A stretch of 64,000 bases of DNA from assembly GCF_009914755.1 (NCBI RefSeq), contig NC_060930.1, one strand, 5' to 3'. A program made the translations under genes and the position numbers. Source of the stretch: the human T2T-CHM13v2.0 reference genome, Homo sapiens. Within the stretch, counting starts at the first letter, position 1; each line of letters opens with the position of its first letter. The notes beneath the pieces were generated by a model. It did no database searches. It was not told where the DNA came from and saw nothing but the letters and a program-made list of their open reading frames with translations. Below, one piece after another: positions 30,550-46,671 of this stretch.

Positions 30550-33500
30550 CTACAGGAGGCTTACTTCATCTCTAAGGACACACATAGACTGAAAGTAAAG
30601 GAATGGAAAATGATTTTCCATATAAATGGAAACCAAAAGACAGCAGACGTAGCTATACTTACATCTGATATAACAGACATTAAGTAAAAAGAACTACAAA
30701 AGGAGACAAAGATGGAGAAGATCATTATATAATGATAAAGGAGTCAATTCAGCAGGAGGATATAACAATTATAAATATATATGCACTCAACAAGACAGCA
30801 CCAAACATATAAAGCAAATATTATTAGATCTAAAGGGAGAGATAGACTGCCATACAAAAACAGTAGGGGTTTTCAACGCCTTACTTTCAGCAATGGCCAG
30901 ATCATTTAGACAGAAAATCAACAAGGAAGCATCAGATTTAAACTTCACTGTAGATTAAATGGACCTGAGACATTCACTGAGTATTCCACTAAAGAGCTGC
31001 ACAATACACATTCTTCTTATCAGCACATGCTACTTTCTCCAGGACAGATAATATATTAGGCCATAAAAAAGTCTCAACAAATTTTTAAAAATCAAAATCA
31101 TGTAAAGCATCTTTTCCGACCCATATGGAATAAAACTAGGAGTCAATAACAGGAAGAACTTTGGAAACTACACAAATATATGGAAATTAAACAACATACT
31201 CCTGGATGACAAATGAGTCAATAAAGAAATTTAAAAGGAAATTTAAATATTTCTTGAGATAAAAAATAGAAATGAAATATACCAAAACCTACAGGATACT
31301 GAAAAAAGGCAGTTATAAAAGGGAAGTTTTCAGTGAATTTCTGAATCAAAATTCCTGAATCAAAAAAATTAGAAAGATCTCAAACAACCTAATGTTGCAT
31401 CAAAAAAAAAATTAGAAAAACAAGAAAAACACTAAACTCAAAAGTGGTAGAAAAAAAGAAATAATAAAGATCAAAGCATAAATTAGAGACTAAAAATACA
31501 AAATATCAACAAAACCGAGTTTTGCTGAAAAATAAACAAAATTAACAAACCTTTCACTAGACTAAGAAAAAAAAGAGAGAAGATTCAAATAAATAAAACC
31601 AGAGATTAAAAAAAGAACATATTACAATTGATTCCACAGAAATACAAAGGATCACAAGAGACTATGAGAAACAACTATATGGCAACAAATTAGAAAACCT
31701 AGAAGAAATGGATATATTCTTGGACACACACAACCTACCAAAATCAAATCATAAAAAAATAGAAAATCTGAACAGACCAATAGCAACAATATTAAATCAG
31801 TAATGAAAGACGCTCATCAAAGAAAAGCCCAGTACTTGAATACTTAGCTGTTGCAAATGATTCCAAAAAATTAAAGAGGAGGAAATTTTTCCAAACTCCC
31901 TCCATGAGGCCAGCTTCACCCTGATAAAAACAAAAAAAAATAACAGACAAGGACACAACAACAAAAAAAAGAAAACCTCAGGCCAATATCGCTGATGAAC
32001 ATAGATGCAAATAGTTCTCAACAAAATACTTGCAAACTAAATTTAACAGTACATAAAAAAGTTTTTTGCAATGATCAAGTGGAATTCATCCATAAGGATA
32101 CAAGGATGGTTCAGCACATGCAAATTAGTAAACAAAATACATCACATTAACAGAATCAAAGACAAAAACCAAATGATCAATTGAATAGATGCAGAAAAGA
32201 CATTTAATAAAATTCAACATTACTTCATAATAAAAACTCTCAACAAATTAGGTGTAGAAGGAACCTATCTCAACACAATAAAAGCTGGATATGACAAACC
32301 ACAGCTAACATCATACTGAATGGGAAAAGGTTGAACACTTTTCCTCTGAAATCTGGAACAAGACAAGGATGCCCCCTTTCACCACTTTTATTCAACATAG
32401 TACTGGAAGGCCTAGCCAAAGCAAGAGAGAAATAGAGGGCATTCAAATTGGGGAGGAGGAAATCAAATTTTCCCTGGTTGAAGATGACATGATCTTATAT
32501 ACAGAAAAAAACCTAAAGCTTCCACCAAAAAAACTGTTAGAACTAATAAGTGAATTCAGTAGAGTTACAAGATACCAGTCGACACACAAAATCAGTAGTA
32601 TTTCTATACCCTAATAGTGAACCTGAAAAAGAACTAAAAAAGCAATCCCCTTTACAATTGCTACCAAAAAAATAAAATGTCTAGTAGTAAATTTAACCAA
32701 AGAGAAGAAAGATCTTTTCAATAAAAGTTATAAAACTTTGATAAAATGAATTGAAGATACTATGAATAAATGGGAAGATGGTCTTTGTTTATGGATTGGG
32801 ATAATTAATATTGTTAAAATGTTCATACTACCCAAAGCAATCTACAGATTTAATGCAATACCTATGAAAATGCTAAGAACATTCTTTACCAAAATAGGAA
32901 AAAAAAATCCTAAAATTTGTATGTAAACACAAAAGATCCCAAATAGCCAAAGCAATTTTGAGTGAAAAGAGCAAAGTGAGAGACATCACACTACCAGACA
33001 TCAAAATATACTACAAAGCAGAAATGTAAACAAAACAGAATGGCATTGACATAAGAATAGATATGTAAACCAATGGAGCAGAATATAGAACACAGAAATA
33101 AATTCACACACAGCCAATTGATTTTTAACAAAGGTGCTAGGAACACACATTGGGGAAAGGACAGTCTTTAAATGGTGGTGGGAAAACTGGATATCCATAT
33201 GCAGAAGAATAAAACTAAACCCCTATCTTTTACCATTTAGAAAAATCAACTCAAAATGGATTAAGGACTTACATGTAAGCCTCAAAACTATAAAACTTCT
33301 AGAAGAAAATATGAGAAAATGTGTCATGACATTGATCTGGGCAATAATTTTTTGGATAAGAACTCAAAATCACTGACAACAAAAGCAAAAACGGACAAGT
33401 GAGATTATATCCAACTAAAAAGTTTCTGCACAACAAAGGAAACAATAAACAAGTAGAGGAATAATCTAAAGAATTAGAGAAATATTGGTACACTATGGAT

Positions 33501-33694
33501 CTAACAAGGGGTTAATATCCTGAATACATAAGGAACTCAAAATCTCAACAGCAAAAAAAAAAATAATATGATTTTTTAAATAATTAAAAGACCTGAATAG
33601 ACATTTCTCCAAAGAATACATACAAATGGCAAAGAATATTTTTGTAAATGCTCAACATCACTAATCAGGGAAATGCAAATCAAAACCACAATGA

Positions 33695-35024
<1,330 letters not shown>

Positions 35025-36112
35025 AAAACCACAACGAGGTAACACCTCAGCCCAATTAGAATGGTTATTATCAAAAAGACAAAAATAACAAGTCTTACAT
35101 GGGTATAGAGAGATGGGAACTCTTACACACCATTGGTGGGAATACAAACTAGTATAGCCATTATGGAAATGGTATAGAGGTTCCTCAGAATATTAAAGAT
35201 AGAACTACTGTGTAATCCAGCAATCCCATTACTGGGTATGTTTCCAAAGGAAATGCAATCAGTATGTTGAAGAGCTATCTGTAGCCCCAGGTTCTTTGCA
35301 GGACTAGTCACAATAGCCAAGATATGGAATCAACCTAAGTGTCCATCAACAGATGAATGGATAAAGAAAATGTGGTATATATACACAATGGAATACTATA
35401 CAGCCATAAAAAATTGAAATCCTGTCATTTGTGCAATGTAGATGAACCTAGAGGACACAATGTTAGGTAAAATAAACCAGGCACAGAAAGACAGATAGAG
35501 CATGATCTCACTCACTTGTGGAAACTAAAAAAGTTGATCTCATAGAAATACTGTACCGAGTAGAGTAACGGCTACCAGAGGCTGGGGAGGCTATGTGTGT
35601 GTTGAGGGGGATTGGTTAACAGTACAAAATTGTAATTAGATAAGAGAAATAATTTCTGGTGTTCTTTTGCACAGTAGGATAACTAGAGCTAAGAATATTG
35701 TATTGTATATTTCAAAAAACTAAAAGAGAAGGTTTTGAATGTCCTTACCACAAGGAAATAGTAAATGTTTCAGATGATGGATATGCTAAATAGCCTGATT
35801 TAATCATTCCAATGTATTTATGTATCAAAACATCACATTGTACCACATAAATAAGTACAATTATATTATGTCAATTAAAAATAAGCAAAAAAGATGATCA
35901 TTTTGATCTACCTCTATTTTCTTCAAGTTCTTTTTTGGAGTGTGGGAGATAGGGTTGTTCTTTGATTACATTTAAGTAATCAGACTGCCACTGATCTTAT
36001 GGCTTAGTTTAAGGTAGGGATCTAACATTATTCTATTCCAAATTGTAACAAATTGGTCCAGCATCATTTTTAACTCATTGATTTTTTTTCTCCTAAATTG
36101 AAATGCAGTCTT

Positions 36113-36421
36113 AGTCTGGATGCAGTGGCTAACACCTATAATCCCAGCACTTTGGGAGGGCAAGGTGGGAGGATTGCTTGAGCCTAGGAGGCCATGACCA
36201 GCCTAGGCAACATAGTGAAACCCCATCTCTACAAAAATTAAAAAATATTTTTTTAAAGTTAGCTGGGTGTGGTGGTGCACAACTGTGGTCCCAGGTACTT
36301 GGGAGGCTGAGGTGAGAGATTGCTTGAGCCCAGGAGGTTGAAGCTGCAGTGAGCCATGATCATACCACCGCATTCCAGTCTGGGTAACAGAGTGAGACCC
36401 TGTCTCAAAAAAAAAAAAAAA
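36113..36421 (+). mobile_element. AluJ
   Basis: Dimer with J diagnostics; TSD GCA(G/A)TCTTA. Confidence 0.9.
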
Positions 36422-36743
36422 GCAATCTTATTTTTATGCTAAGTACTTACATATACTTAAGCCTGTTCCTGTTTCTTCATCTTTTACTCTGTAGGATTTC
36501 TACTCCTTTGAATTTTCTATTTTTTGCACATACACAACAATTGGAATTATTTTCACTGTTTAACATATTTTCATAGTCAATAATCTAAATGTCCCTCCCT
36601 TCATTATCTGTTTCATAATTGTATTATGTAAGTTATTTGGATTTTTTTCACATAAACATTTTAGTCATTTTGCAGAAGTTTTTAAAAATTTGCTGGATTT
36701 TTATTAGAGTTCCATTAAAATTGTAAATTAATTTAGAAAAATT

Positions 36744-37040
36744 GGCTAGGCAAAGTGGCTTATGCCTATAATCCCAGCCCTGTAGGAGGCCAACGCAGGA
36801 GGATTGCTTGAGCCGAGGAGTTCAAGACCAGCCTGGGCAACATAGCAAGATCTCATCTCTACAAAACAAAATGAAATTAGCTGGGCATGATGGCATGTGC
36901 CTGTAGTCCCAGCTACTTGGGAGGCTGAAGCTGGAGGATTGCTCAAGTCAAGGAGTTTGAGGCCACAGTGAGTCGTGATCATATCTCTGCACTCCAGCCC
37001 GGGCAACAGAGGAAGACTTTGTCTCCAAATTTAAAAAATA
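36744..37040 (+). mobile_element. AluJ
   Basis: Dimer with J diagnostics; AATTTAG(A/G)AAAATT flanks. Confidence 0.9.
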
Positions 37041-37216
37041 AATTTAGGAAAATTTATGTATTTGCAATGTTAATTTTTTTCATCTAAGGTCATGCTATTA
37101 ATAGAAAGTTCCATTAGTTTGTGTTTATAGTGCTCAGTAAAATTGTATGGTTTTCCCCGCTAAGTTCCTCTACAGCTTTAACAAATATACTTGCTAAGTT
37201 TGTTATTTCCCATTTT

Positions 37217-37289
37217 GGGGTGACTAATCTTCCCACTTTACCCAAAACTGTGAGACTTCCCGGGACACAGGACTCTTAATACTGAAACT
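37217..37289. mobile_element. MER81-like hAT-Blackjack MITE
   Basis: Inverted termini GGGTGAC...GTCACCC; internal TTCCCGGGACACAGGACT. Confidence 0.6.
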
Positions 37290-37376
37290 GGGATGGGCGG
37301 TCACCCTATATCATAACATGGAACTGGCTGTGGCTGATACATAGGAAAATTAATTACTTATACATACATTATTTTC

Positions 37377-37682
37377 ATTTATTTATTTATTTTTATTTTT
37401 TTGTTGGAGTCTCGCTCTGTCACCCAGGCTGGAGTGCAGTGGTGCAATCTTGGCTCACTGCAACTTCCGTCTCCCAGGTTCAAGTGATTCTTCTGACTCA
37501 ACCTCCTAAGTAGCTGGGATTACAGGTACCTGCCACCACACCCAGCTAATTTTTGTATTTTTAGTAAAGATAGGTTTTCACCATGTTGGCCAGGCTGGTT
37601 TTGAACTCCTGACCTCAAGTGATCCACCCGCCTCAGCCTCCCAAATTGTTGGGATTACAGGCATGAGCCACCGCACCTGGCC
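37377..37682 (-). mobile_element. AluS
   Basis: Reverse dimer; TSD CATA(C/T)ATTATTTTC. Confidence 0.92.
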
Positions 37683-38415
37683 TGCATATATTATTTTCTT
37701 CCAGGCCACTAAACTCTTTTCATTTTGAATAGACTGTCAGTTGAATTTATTGAGATTTTGGGGATTTTATATAAAAATCATGATAATTCCAATATTTATA
37801 GCTGCTTTTTTGTCTTGCCTTACTGTGTGGGTCATTATGTCCCAAATAATGTTAAATAGTAATAAGAGATACTGCATATTCATTGGACACTGGCTTGATA
37901 GACTTACTCATCAAGTTACAGAAATATTCTTCCATAATTTTTTTAAGACTTTGTGGTGGTTGCTCTTTTTGTTTGTTCTTAAATTAAACATGAATGTTTT
38001 AACTTTATTTTAAAAAAAAATGGAACTTTCTATTTCAGTGATCTTATTGAGGAAAAAGAAGGAAAATTCTCCATTGGTGGTTTTAGCCAATCAACTGCAG
38101 AGCTTTCCCAAACTAGACTATATTCTCATATACATGAGAATCTGCTGAATCCCACTCTCTCTTCCTTTCTGAAGGTTGGAGGGGTGATGTGGATTGCCCC
38201 TATTTTAGAATCACTGATTGTGTAAGCCAATTTTCTAATAAAATGTGTTATCTCCTAGGGTAATAAAGTTCAACTGAGAAAACAAAAACAATTGACAACC
38301 ACTGAGTAGAGAATACTATACATTTTTTTCTCTTTTTATCTATAGAAGTGATAAAAATGTATTGATAGTATTTCTAATATTAAACCTTCCTTGTATTGCT
38401 GAAATATGCTAGACA

Positions 38416-38771
<356 letters not shown>

Positions 38772-40809
38772 TGAATACAGTATCAGAGAGAGGTTTCAAA
38801 ACTTTTGATATCTCTATTTATAAATGAGAACCTATTATAGATTTCTATGCCATTTGGGGGCAGATTTTCATTTGGTTAACATCATTAACTTTGAAAGTGA
38901 ATTAGAAATTTTTACACATTTTTCCCCTGCTCTGAAATATTATACATTGTGAGAATCAATTATTCCTTGAAGGTTTATAGAAACTCATCCATGAAAGTAT
39001 CAAGCCATGCTTTTCTGGAGCTGATTTATCAACAACTTTTAGTGGATTTTTTTTTAAATAATTATTGGACTACTTATATTTTTTCTTAAGTCAATGTCAT
39101 TAAATTATATTTTTCTAGACATTTATTTACTGCATTAAAAGTTTGGAATGCAGAAATATAAACATAATTTTAATCTCCCTTGTATCTATAGTTATGTTTA
39201 TTTTCACATTTTTATTTTGTGTTTTTTCCTTCCTTTCTTGATTAGATTAGCTAAAGGTTTGTCACTTTTTTGGTGTTATTACTGTTTGCTTTGTTTTGTT
39301 CTAAAAAATTGTGCTTGGGTCTTTCTTCTATTGCCACCTGTTTTCTGGAGAATCCTAGAACATTATCTCTTCTGGAGAATCCTAGGACATTACCTCTTCA
39401 TTGCTTCTGCCACATTCTTTTATTTTATTTATTTTTATTTTTTATTTTTGAGACTCCAGGTGCACATATCTGAAACCTTGTCACCGTAACACATTGGTTT
39501 CTGATGGTTGTTTATGTATTTTGTCTTTTTGCCTCTTGATACATTGGTCTGGATATCTGAATATTTTCTTATTACCTATCTTCCAGTTCATGAATTCTGT
39601 TTTAGTAAAATCAATCTATTCAGTTCTTACTTGTAATTATTACATTTTTTAGTTATAAAATTTCCTTTTAATATAGTTATATTTTCTGGTTCTCTGCTGA
39701 AATTATCCATCTTTTACTAAATTAACCACAGATATTTTAATATCCATGCCTGATAACTCCAATATCTGGATTTCCTATGTGTTTGATTTTATTTGCCTGT
39801 TTCAAATTTTTTTCTCTTAGTTTTTGTCAAAATGACAGACTAATTTTTAATGTAATGTGGGACATTATATATTAAAAAATAATTTGAAGTTCTCGATGGT
39901 TTTGTCTCTTCCACAGAGGATCAACTTTTCTCTGGCAATGAAGTAAGCCAAAGGTATATCTTTTTGATCCATTTTATTAAAGTTGATTGAGCTGACTCAA
40001 AACTGGGATTTGTTTCTTTTTTTTTTTTCTTTTGAGAGCTGGATAATTAGCCCACACTCCTAAGATAACTTTTTTCAGTCTCAGCTGAAAGCCCTGGGTA
40101 TTTACCAGGGCAATGCCTCTTTAGTGGGCTCTGTACTCTAGTTTGGGTCATCCCCAGCTTCATAAGACCGACCCAAACTCTGCTCAACTCCTTACCCTCT
40201 CAACCACAACTTTCTGCAAACCTTCTTGGCCTCTCAGCCTTCACCCATCCTTCTAACCTGCAAATAACTTAAGATGAAAAGTGATGGTAAAGGTAGGGTT
40301 CATCTCTCTGTGCTCTCTTTTCCAGGATCTTGACTCTCAAGTCCTTGCTACTTTGGTAGCTCTTCAGTGCCTTCAAACAGATTTTGTTGTTATTGTTGCT
40401 GTTGTTCAGCTTATTTTGTCTTTCTCAGTGTGTAGAGTGGGTTTGAAAGTAAATAGTCTAACATGATCACAAAATGAAAAAGTCTATTCTCTTTTCTAAA
40501 TAATTTTTGCTTTTGGCTTTATTAACTCCTTTGTTCTACTTTTCTTTGGTTTGTTTTATTATAGGTTTTTTTTTTTTTTTTTGCTTCCTTGGTTGAGTAT
40601 TTAATCCGATTCTGATGCTTTCTCTTCTTTATCACTTCAAACATTGCTTTTCATGTAAATTCATTTTGAACTCATTTAACAACTGTCCGCGAGTGGTAAC
40701 CAGCAAGATCATAGAACCTGATGTGGTTCTACCCCAAAACTTATACAACAAATATTTGATGATTTTCTATCTGGTATCCATTATCTACTTTCTACATTTT
40801 AGTAACACT

Positions 40810-41327
40810 CAAGATTTGGTTCAAGTATCTGCTATTGCCCCTTTGGCTAAATTACTTTGAGGGAAACTGATCCTACCTCCATCTCCAATTTTAGGCTGTG
40901 GATTGGTTTAAATCTAATTACACATTTCATTCTCTTGGCCACAATAATTGGGTTAGCTGTCCAGATATGATCTAATCAAATTCAGGCACAGTAATCTCAA
41001 GAGTCTTTCTTGGAATCCTAAGCTAGGAATACTCTTATTCTTTCCTATGTAAGAGTGAGAAGCATCATACCCTGTTTTCTCCTGGTGTTTATCTTGCAAC
41101 CATGAGAGAAGCCTGGCAGGGACTAACATGATACATGCATAGAATTGGACAGAGCTGAAAAAGCCATACAGCAATTGACCTGGAACCCTAATTAAACCAT
41201 GCTGGAAGCCCACCCACCAGCTGGACTTTCAAGTTACTGAGCCAATAAATTCCCTTTATTATTTAAGCCACTTTAGATTTAATTGACTTTTCTTTCACTC
41301 ACAGCCAAATGCATTCTAACTGAAACA
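40810..41327 (+). mobile_element. MaLR MLT1 (J/K-like) LTR
   Basis: ATCTTGCAACCATGAG and CTGGACTTTCAAGTTACTGAGCCAATAAATTCCCTTTATTATTTAAGCCA...CATTCTAACTGAAACA. Confidence 0.7.
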
Positions 41328-41477
41328 CTTGGGTACCTAACAAACACTTTGTAATGATGGCGACATCAGAGAAAAGAAAAAAGTAAAAACAAATAGAAAT
41401 AGGTTAATGTTCTTAAGTCCATCCATATTCACTAGTCCATTAAATCAAAATATAAACCACTCGATTTTAACATCTGG

Positions 41478-41622
41478 AATTTTATTTGTTTTGTTCCTCA
41501 TTGTATCCCCAGTACCTGGTTTAGCGCCTGGCATTTTTCAATAAATATTCACTGGGAAGTGGTAGGAGGAAATAATTAATAATAATAATAAATATTCAAT
41601 AAGTACATGTCGAATGAGTGAA
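41478..41622 (+). mobile_element. L2 LINE 3' end fragment
   Basis: TTTTGTTCCTCATTGTATCCCCAGTACCTGG...GCCTGGCA...TCAATAAATAT...GAATGAGTGAAT. Confidence 0.6.
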
Positions 41623-44412
41623 TAGTTATGGCCTTGAGTAATTTTTTTCCCTAAAGATATTGCCATTGACTTTCAACTACTGAGAGGAAAACATTTTCTC
41701 AGTGTGTAAAATATCCCAAGCTTGTGACCAAGAAGGAATCTTAGCATCCATATGGTCTCATTAAAATGAAATGCTTTGTTCCTCAGATTTCCGAGATTGA
41801 AAGGGTATGTGTATAAACAATAAATATAAATCCAAAATACTTACAACAATAAATTTCATGACATGTTTTTATAGAATATCAATTAATAGGAACGGCATCA
41901 ATGTATAAACAGTGTGTAACTAAGCTACAGAACACTTTTAGTTCTGTCATTTGTAAAATAAATGAATGATTCCAAGATTACTTCCACCTCTAAAAATAAC
42001 ATGAGTTTATGATTCGAGAGTTGCTCTTTTATCGTCAAAGTGGTCCAATGTATTGGCACCTCCAATCTCTTCTGATGGTCTCTGTAGCACTTCCAGCAGT
42101 GCCCTAATCATACGCAGACCACAAAACGTAATGGTCTGGGATGTGCACGTCCAAGGTCCAGGAGCACTTCAGCAAGAGACCTGAGCTCAGCTGATTAAAG
42201 AAAGCATGATTCAGTCCTCCTCACCCAAGGGAAGGCCCACAAAAGATCTCTTCAGTGAAGAAAGGGAATGGGAAGCACAGTGCGCATGTGAGTGCAATCA
42301 GATACACCCCAAGTTAGAGCAAAGGGTCAAATTAAGGGGCGTTAAACATCCTGGAAAGAGCTAAGGAGAGGGAAAAGAAGAGAAGTGATTGTACACTTAG
42401 AGGCAAGCATAATCCAGGTTCTTATGTTTTGTCAGTGGAGAAGGGTTTGAGTCTAGCCAGACTGGCAATAGCAAATGCTTGGCCCTCAGTGTTTCCCACC
42501 CCAACATCTGCCACTGCAGGAGAGACAGCAACCAGTAAGAGGCTGCAGGGACTATGGTCTACAGCACTGGATGGGGGGAATGGCAAGGGTCCTGGGTGGC
42601 AGCACAGGTGGCAGCCAAGTGGCAACTTGTATGCCAGATGGGAGAGTGTCACATGCTGCCCCTGGCACACATGCAGCTCATTTTAGGGGACTAACAAAGC
42701 CCTGCATTTCTCAAATGGACATATGGTGTCAAAGAGGAAGGTATAAAATTCTATTATGTGGAAACCAATGAATAAAATCAAAATATTTCTCTCTTACTTA
42801 GAAGAGAATATAAATAAATGGAATTATCAATTATGATTTTCTAATAAAGAAGATAAAAACTTCCATTGAAATCTGAAGAAAGAAGAAACTACCTAAATAA
42901 ACCCCAGCAGTGAAGCCCATTTTTCAAGACAGATACACCCAGCTTCTCTTTACAATCTACCTCCTGTTCTCAGCACTAATTTTCTCCCATCTTTATTCTG
43001 TCTGCTCATCTCAGTTCTAAGCTTCCTCTACAAGTCACTGACTAGTGTGGAACAGCTTTTCTAATCTACCCACATTCTTGTAGGCATGGTAATGGATCCC
43101 TTCAAATAGGAAATTGCTACTTTAAAGAGACAGGACACTTTGAAACCAAGACAGTTGAAAAGATGTCATTGTAAATTAACACAACAGACAAACAGAATCT
43201 GGAAAGAGTTATTTGCAAATGTATTTGGGCATGAAGAAGGAAGTGGGTCACAAAATTATGACCCCTGCATATTTAGTCTAATACACATCCTCATTCCAGA
43301 CAACTAACTGTGAGCTATTGAAAATGAAAGTTTAAAGAGAATATAATAAAAAGACATTCTCATAACTTCTCCTCTGAAGATCCATAAATAGATTGGAAAT
43401 AATGTCCAGGAGGCCTTTGCAACTGCTTGTGGGGGTAGCAGTAATTAACAGAATCCAAACACAATGTAATCTTCTACTTAAACACTGTCACCATTTCTTA
43501 ATTTTTCCTTAAAATTATGATTGTTTCTTGCTAGCTTCCCTGGCTCAAAAGATATATTTAAATTGCCCTACTTTTGCTCCCTGCATATCAAAGAGAGAGA
43601 GAAAAAATGCAGCCTAGTTAGCCAGAAAGGAAAACAACATTTCTATAAGCATATAATCTTACTTTAAAACTGGCAAAGCAAGTAGAAGGGACTAAAAATG
43701 TTATAGCCTTGGTTCCATATTCATTACCTCCAAGTGAAAGCATACAATATGCGGCAGTTGCTGTATTAGGCTCTTTATTTCTTACTAAATGCAAATAAGT
43801 TCAAGCATAAATTCTAAAAAGGATAACCTTACTTAGATATTAGGAACAATTCTCTTCCTTTAGGGGACTCTGGAATGCTGAAAGAGGAAACCAGGAAGGT
43901 TATACAATTTTCTTTTTCATGAGATTATAAGGAAGATAGTAAGAATTTTTAAGGATAATCCCTCAATAACATATTTCCTAGAGGAAGAAAGATACAAATG
44001 CTCGTATAGCCCAAAAACTTGCTAATGGCAGAACGATGGACTTTTTTCATGAAGGGAGGGACCACTCTTTGTCACACAAGATCTATGCCTAGTGATGGTT
44101 CATAAATGTGCTAGAATAAATTCCTAATTCTATGTGTACATTTGAGTAGCAAGATGATTCTGAAAATTGTACTAATAGTTACTATTCCACTAATAAAATT
44201 AGATCCAGAAAGCAATTGGGTTTCCAGGCCACGGGTAAGCATATGTATAAAGTACTAATTCTTTAGGGCCTCTTTAAAGCACACTTTTTTGTTTTACTAT
44301 GATACAAAAAAAAAGTGTAATTTTGGAATGTATGTGCATGTGAATGTGTCCAAAACCAGCGCTGAAATTAATAAGGGATCCTTATTTAGACACTATTACA
44401 ACAAGAACCCCC

Positions 44413-44872
44413 TATTAGTCTGCTAGAGCTGCCACAACAAGGTATCACAAATTGGGTGACTTAAACAACAGAAATTTATTGTCTCACAGTTCTAGACCTA
44501 GAAGTCCAAGATCAAAGTATCAGCAGAGTTCACTCTTTCTGAGGCCAAGGGAAAGAAGCTATTTCATGCCACTTCCCTGGCTTCTGGTGGTTTGCTGACA
44601 ATCTTTGGCATTCATTTGCTTGAAGAAGCATCATCTTATCTATGCTTTCATCTTTACATGGCAGACTCTCTAGATGCATGCCTGTATCTAAGTTTTATCT
44701 TTTTGTAAGGACACCAATCCTATTGGATTAGGACCCACCTGAAGACCTCATTTTAGTTTGATTACCTCTGCGAAGACTGTATCTCCAAACAAAGTCATAT
44801 TCTAAAGTCCTGGGGCTTAGGATGCCAATATATCCTTCTTTATTAGGGGGTAACACATTTCAACCCATAGCA
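44413..44872 (-). mobile_element. MaLR MLT1B/C-like LTR
   Basis: TATTAGTCTGCTAGAGCTGCC...TTAAACAACAGAAATTTATTGTCTCACAGTTCT...TTCAACCCATAGCA. Confidence 0.85.
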
Positions 44873-45349
44873 TACTCCCCCGAAAGAATAATTACATAGG
44901 GTAAAAGCAAGCAAACATACTTAACCAGACTAGATGTCTATATTACTTTATTCCTTATACAAAGACTAGGTCTCTGTAAAATCAGACATTTTAATTCTGT
45001 CCTCTGAGCTGGCTCATTGTCTAGTGTTTTGGAAGCAACCAACTGTTGGTTAACTTTTTAAAATTCAATTTTCATAAGGTTGGACAGATATCATATAGAC
45101 ACAGCAAAAACAAATGCCATACCACTGGAATGACTCAGAGCTATAATCACAAGTCACAAAGGCACAACATTTTATTCTTATGATGAGTATCAAGTGGGTG
45201 TTATAAAAAAAAACCCCTTAAAAATGTGTGGTTTCTTTGTCTGTTGTGTGTAGACTGCCTCAGGTGCTTTCAGAAACAATAGAAATTTTTTCCAAGTTTT
45301 ATATTGGTCAACTTATTTTGATAATAATGAGAATATAAAATATTATAAC

Positions 45350-45500
45350 TGAAAAGCACCTTCAAAATTGTCTAGTCCAACTCTTTAACATTATAGACTT
45401 GAAAACTGTGTTCCTGAGAGATTCCTTAAGTGACTTGCCCAAGGTAATTTAGCAAATTGCAGTAGAGCCAGAAAAATAATCTGAGACCTGGCGTCCCCTC
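45350..45500 (-). mobile_element. MIR SINE fragment
   Basis: TCTAGTCCAAC...GAAAACTG...TTAAGTGACTTGCCCAAGGT. Confidence 0.65.
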
Positions 45501-45883
45501 TAAATTAATGATGTTCTGCTACAGGATAGCCATCATATCACCCTTGTCTGGAAATCACCTATGTTACCCAAAATTAGGCCCCCAATGGCCACACAGAGAC
45601 TAGAAGTAAGTTTAGAATCTGTTGCAGAGGTCATGCACTATTGTTTTCTCAGGGCAGTACTGCCACCACCCTCAAGGGCTCAAACAAAAATTGTGATGTC
45701 TTAGAGATTTACTTAAAATGTAGTATATAATTTTACTAGTGTAGTTGTCTGCTTTCTCCTTTAAATCTTTAGTTCTTCCTAGATTATGGTTATAACAACC
45801 ACATTTTCAAATCTAAATATCAGGACGCATGTTCTGATAGGAAATGTGTTTATCCCAATGTGTTTGCACATAATATCACTCAT

Positions 45884-46186
<303 letters not shown>

Positions 46187-46529
46187 TTAGTATTTTTTCA
46201 AATGACCCTTTTCTGAATGCATTAAGTCTGCTTGGATACACATATCCATGCCTATATCTATGAGTATTTCATTCACATGTGTGGTGGTGTGTTGGCAATG
46301 GAAACATATGATGGAATATTTAAAATAAGGATTGCCCTAGATTGGGGGATGGGGTGGGGGAAAGAGCAATTAGGACACCATGGTTGTGGCAAACACAAGA
46401 TTAGGAGAGTTTGAATGGGTGGGGAAGTGAGAATGATTGTAGTAAAGTTTCCTGAGAAGGGAGAGCTGTCAAACTTTCAGGGTGAATAATATAGAGCCAT
46501 TTTTGCATAAGGATAAATAGTAATCTCAT

Positions 46530-46671
46530 CAGGGTCCAGAGTAGGGTGCAGCAAGGGAGGCACACAGGAGGAAGCAGCTAATAAAATACTCTACAGGTGA
46601 TTCTCATGCTGGGCTGCCTTCATAAACGGCTCGTCCCAGGTGCCTCCCTCTACCACCCTAGACCCGGCCTG
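46530..46671. mobile_element. MER96-like hAT-Tip100 MITE
   Basis: Imperfect long TIRs CAGGGTCCAGAGTAGGGTG...GGGAGGCAC / GTGCCTCCC...CACCCTAGACCCGGCCTG. Confidence 0.6.

Noticed and set aside
42020-42780. Moderately GC-rich unique region with overlapping ORFs and scattered nuclear-receptor-like half sites
   Set aside because: The ORFs lack homology and splice context, and motif density is not clearly above background
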